In this document: piece by piece, positions 7,758 through 10,567 of the stretch
How positions within the stretch are numbered: the stretch's first letter is position 1
Layout of the letters: every line of letters starts with the position of its first letter
IMG/VR virus record: IMGVR_UViG_2802429231_000001
Direction: 5' to 3' (one strand)
DNA length: 10,567 nt
Source: a virus
Taxonomy: Duplodnaviria > Heunggongvirae > Uroviricota > Caudoviricetes
The notes under the pieces: model-generated
What the model was told of the DNA's origin: nothing
Database searches by the model: none
The model's input: the letters and a program-made list of their open reading frames with translations, nothing else
Program-made: the position numbers and the translations under genes

Positions 7758-9187
7758 GTAAAACAACACCGACTAAAGACAGTATTCGTGCAGAGTTTGA
7801 AGAGCTTGTCGAGAAAGATTCATTCTGGTCGAAGTTTGTCGGCTCTCAATTTGTCTCGATGCTGACATTGTTTATTACCCAGATTGTCTACAGGTGCTTT
7901 CAGTATGCCGATGCGGCGCTGGCTGAAGGCTTTATATCGACCGCGACGCGGCGTTCCTCTATCCTGGCAGCGGCAGAAACGAATAGTTACGTTGGTACCA
8001 AGCCAACACCGTCATCGGGGATGATTGAGATCACCGCCACAAGTGAAGATGCCCCAGCGGTAATTCCCAAAAACATGCCTTTAATATCTGACGACCAGTA
8101 CCCTTACATGACTATGGATGTATGCAGGTTGGTTGACGGCACCGGTACGGTAGAAGTGGCACAGTTGGAAATCCAGGAGGTGACATATACCGTTACGGCT
8201 GCCAAAGAATTTCTGGAAGTCGTGTTATCAAAGGCTCTCACTGCTGTCTGCTATAAGCTGGAAGTATTCGTGACGACCGATGGTAAGACCACGCAGTGGT
8301 CTTCCAGCACAATGTTCCGGTTAGCTGGTAGTAAAAGCCAGGTCTACGTTGAGTTTTATAAACCATCCGAACAGTTGGGTGTCCGATTCGGCGATGGGCT
8401 AATTGGGCAAATACCGCCAGAAGGCTCGACAATTACGCTTAAGGTATGGTGCACCAACGGCGATATAACCCTGGTTGCTGGCCAAAACCTGACTCCTGTT
8501 GATTCTGCGGCTAATTTAGCTAATTTGATTTCAGTTAAGACAACGACACCTATAACCGCAGGTACCGATGCTGAAACAACGGAGATCACACGTAACCGTG
8601 CACAATATTACCTTGCCTATGATGATCAGGTCGTATGGGGCGGGGACTATACGTATTTTCTGGTGCGTAACATCCCGGGACTGTCCTGGGTAAAGGCATG
8701 GGGCGAAGGCCAGCAAGAGAAATTAGATGGTGCTTATAATGTTCGGAATATCAATAAGATATTTATTTCAGGATGGCATCCAAACAAAAGCCAGTCAGAG
8801 CTTGAAGAAATGATCCTGGCCGCCTTTAAGAAGGTGCCGAATGAGTTGAACAAGAAATTCTCGTATAAAGAGGTCAGAAAACTACCCTTTAAGATCACCA
8901 TCACTGGGCGGATATCGGCAAGCCTGACCATTGAGAACGTGACTGATGAGCTGAAGTCGGCACTGGAAACAAAATTTGGGCGTGACTCAACTTTCTTTGA
9001 TCCGAACCGTGTCGGCAAGTACATCCTAATCAAGAAAAAAGACGTTTGGGCATTTATCGAAACGCTGGGTTATTTCCGCGACTTTTATCTGGAATTTGTC
9101 GAGTGGAATGAGTCCAACGGCTTTTACGATTTCGTTTATCTGGATACAGAAAACTCCACCTTTAATATTTCGTATGAGGAGGAGTGA
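7754..9187 (+). CDS. Putative baseplate J-like (gp6/gpJ-family) baseplate protein, 477 aa
   Basis: ATG 7754 overlaps the upstream stop (ATGA). Lies immediately after the gp25-like gene, as in P2 (W-J) and Mu (gp46-gp47) baseplate modules. Size is compatible. No motif was verified by eye. Confidence 0.55.
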   Translation: MSKTTPTKDSIRAEFEELVEKDSFWSKFVGSQFVSMLTLFITQIVYRCFQYADAALAEGFISTATRRSSILAAAETNSYVGTKPTPSSGMIEITATSEDAPAVIPKNMPLISDDQYPYMTMDVCRLVDGTGTVEVAQLEIQEVTYTVTAAKEFLEVVLSKALTAVCYKLEVFVTTDGKTTQWSSSTMFRLAGSKSQVYVEFYKPSEQLGVRFGDGLIGQIPPEGSTITLKVWCTNGDITLVAGQNLTPVDSAANLANLISVKTTTPITAGTDAETTEITRNRAQYYLAYDDQVVWGGDYTYFLVRNIPGLSWVKAWGEGQQEKLDGAYNVRNINKIFISGWHPNKSQSELEEMILAAFKKVPNELNKKFSYKEVRKLPFKITITGRISASLTIENVTDELKSALETKFGRDSTFFDPNRVGKYILIKKKDVWAFIETLGYFRDFYLEFVEWNESNGFYDFVYLDTENSTFNISYEEE

Positions 9188-10023
9188 TGCAGCGTTCCTG
9201 GTTTAATAACCGGCTTACATCAGCTAAGCAAAAGTCATTACTTTATAAATCATTGGCTGATTTGGTTCAGTCAATGATGGACACCTTTGTTGACCCATGG
9301 TTGGAGCGAATTACCAACCGGAAGTCTATTTTCTCCATGAGCAAGGAGGATCTGGAGACTAGGACAAATGAACTTGGCCAGTTTTTTACTATCAGAACGT
9401 CGAATTCATCTTCCGTTCCGATGTTGTTACAACAGCGGTTTGATGAGATCCATTTTAAGGGTACTGAACGCCCTATAAACCAGACAATTTATCGCGAATT
9501 TAACGGTATATCGGTTTTATGGGATCCCATATATGCTCCGGTGGACTTTGAACGTCATCCCTATGGCACGGTCCTGATTCCAGAAAGCACACTGGAAACC
9601 ACCGGCGGCACATTCGGCGAGATGTTTCTGACTTCCAGAGGAATGATCAGTATTCCCATAAACGACCTGGCCCGGACAATGGGTATTACTGGAACGATAG
9701 ATCAGTCCGCAATTACAGAAGAAATTCTCAGAAAGTTTAATCAGTTCGTAAAGCCTCTACTGCCACTGCATATAGTGTTTGATGGGCTTACGCTCTATTT
9801 GTCGGTTGTTGTAAATGAACAGGCCGACATGATCACTTTGAATGAGATTTCTGATACCGAAAAAGCATTCTGCTGGTTTGAAACTTCGGATACAACTTCG
9901 CTTACTGAAGTTACGTCGATTAACGCCCCGATCACTGCAACGCCGGGCGGCACTATTGTGAAAGCAACGCCTACGTTTGATCGCACCCGCGCAGATGATT
10001 TGCTGTTGGATAGCGATGCGTGA
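9187..10023 (+). CDS. Putative baseplate or tail-fibre attachment protein (P2 gpI-like position), 279 aa
   Basis: ATG 9187 with GAGGAGG 4-5 nt upstream; overlaps the upstream stop (TGATG; an in-frame GTG at 9184 is also possible). The call is positional only. Confidence 0.5.
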   Translation: MQRSWFNNRLTSAKQKSLLYKSLADLVQSMMDTFVDPWLERITNRKSIFSMSKEDLETRTNELGQFFTIRTSNSSSVPMLLQQRFDEIHFKGTERPINQTIYREFNGISVLWDPIYAPVDFERHPYGTVLIPESTLETTGGTFGEMFLTSRGMISIPINDLARTMGITGTIDQSAITEEILRKFNQFVKPLLPLHIVFDGLTLYLSVVVNEQADMITLNEISDTEKAFCWFETSDTTSLTEVTSINAPITATPGGTIVKATPTFDRTRADDLLLDSDA

Positions 10024-10026
10024 CAA

Positions 10027-10051
10027 TCACCCCGTCCGCAGGGCGGGGTGA
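10027..10051 (+). terminator. GC-rich hairpin (8-bp stem TCACCCCG/CGGGGTGA, 9-nt loop) starting 4 nt after the 9187..10023 stop; possible weak terminator, attenuator or RNA-stability element
   Basis: Read directly: 10027..10034 is the reverse complement of 10044..10051. It is flanked by the direct repeat TGACAA (10021..10026 and 10050..10055). There is no clear U-tract downstream, so intrinsic termination would be weak at best. Confidence 0.3.
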
Positions 10052-10101
10052 CAAGTTACTTATCTTACAATGAGGCTTCACAACATTGATTAGGGAAAAT
10101 C

Positions 10102-10545
10102 ATGTCTGACGTCTCAACAAACCTCTATAAGAGTCAGTTGTTGGACTATTACTATCAGCGGCGCGCTGAATCGTCCATTAACAAAGGCTCTCGATTTTTA
10201 ATCAGCAAGGCCGTTTTCGGTACCAGTTCACTGGTTACTAAGAAAGGAGATGGCACTTATGAGATTGGAGAACTGCCAAAGGCTTTCGATCTGGCAGAAC
10301 TGACCAGTCAATTTTGCACCATCAACCTCGTCCCAACCTACTCAGGCGGGATAATTACTGTCCGAATGGACCTTGATCAAAGTCAGTTGCAGGAAGGGAA
10401 AAACTACCCATTCAACACTCTGGTTGTTCTGGATAACGAGAATAAGCCAATCGCCATTATTTGTGTCCAGGAAGACTCGCTGTATGTGGGCAAAACATAT
10501 ACCGCTGAACCGCCCCGGTTTTCCTGGAGAGTATTTTACCTGTGA
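10102..10545 (+). CDS. Small protein with tail-fibre collar-like (P2 gpH N-terminal-like) domain, 147 aa; probable tail fibre or fibre-attachment component
   Basis: ATG 10102 with GGGA upstream. The blocks FLISKAVFGTS...TINLVPTYSGGIITVRMDL...FNTLVVLDNENKPIAIICVQEDSLY resemble the tail-collar fibre domain found at the N-terminus of P2-type tail fibres, as recalled from memory. The ORF terminates at 10545, 22 nt before the window end. Confidence 0.5.
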   Translation: MSDVSTNLYKSQLLDYYYQRRAESSINKGSRFLISKAVFGTSSLVTKKGDGTYEIGELPKAFDLAELTSQFCTINLVPTYSGGIITVRMDLDQSQLQEGKNYPFNTLVVLDNENKPIAIICVQEDSLYVGKTYTAEPPRFSWRVFYL

Positions 10546-10567
10546 ACTCAGGCTGCCAGCTCATCAT

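Noticed and set aside
8238-9033. Minus-strand ORFs (61-99 aa) inside the 477-aa baseplate gene
   Set aside because: Shadow ORFs inside a long + strand CDS that is translationally coupled to its neighbours.
9757-10026. Minus-strand ORFs 9757..10026 and 9795..9986 at the 3' end of the 279-aa gene
   Set aside because: They are antisense to a well-supported CDS, and the hairpin at 10027..10051 is better interpreted as a 3' element of the + strand operon.

Overview
The window has two compositionally distinct parts, all on the + strand. (1) 29..1706 is an AT-rich two-gene module (hand counts of sampled lines give roughly 30-40% G+C, against about 50% downstream). It encodes a small Sec-signal-peptide protein and, overlapping its end, a single-pass membrane protein with a long N-terminal coiled-coil region and a C-terminal bacterial SH3 (SH3b-like) domain. 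I cannot assign either to a known family by eye; it looks like horizontally acquired cargo and is the best candidate for an undescribed envelope-associated system (superinfection exclusion, defence or moron). (2) 1861..10545 is a co-directional block of contractile-tail phage structural genes: a 188-aa protein of unknown role, a tail tube protein (gp19/Afp1-like motifs), a 293-aa Cys-containing protein, a 1124-aa tape-measure-like protein with an embedded lytic transglycosylase domain, then tightly coupled putative baseplate genes (118, 477 and 279 aa) and a 147-aa protein with a tail-fibre collar-like domain. No sheath gene lies next to the tube and no hub/spike gene follows the tape measure, so the tail genes appear split across clusters; from memory this resembles P1-family phages (Sit-like protein of about 1140 aa), but that is inference. 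No tRNA, rRNA, CRISPR array or IS element is evident. Two notable non-coding structures are a perfect 11-bp inverted repeat at 1820..1854 that overlaps the Shine-Dalgarno of the first tail gene, and a GC-rich hairpin at 10027..10051. All domain calls rest on motif recognition by eye; no database search was run.
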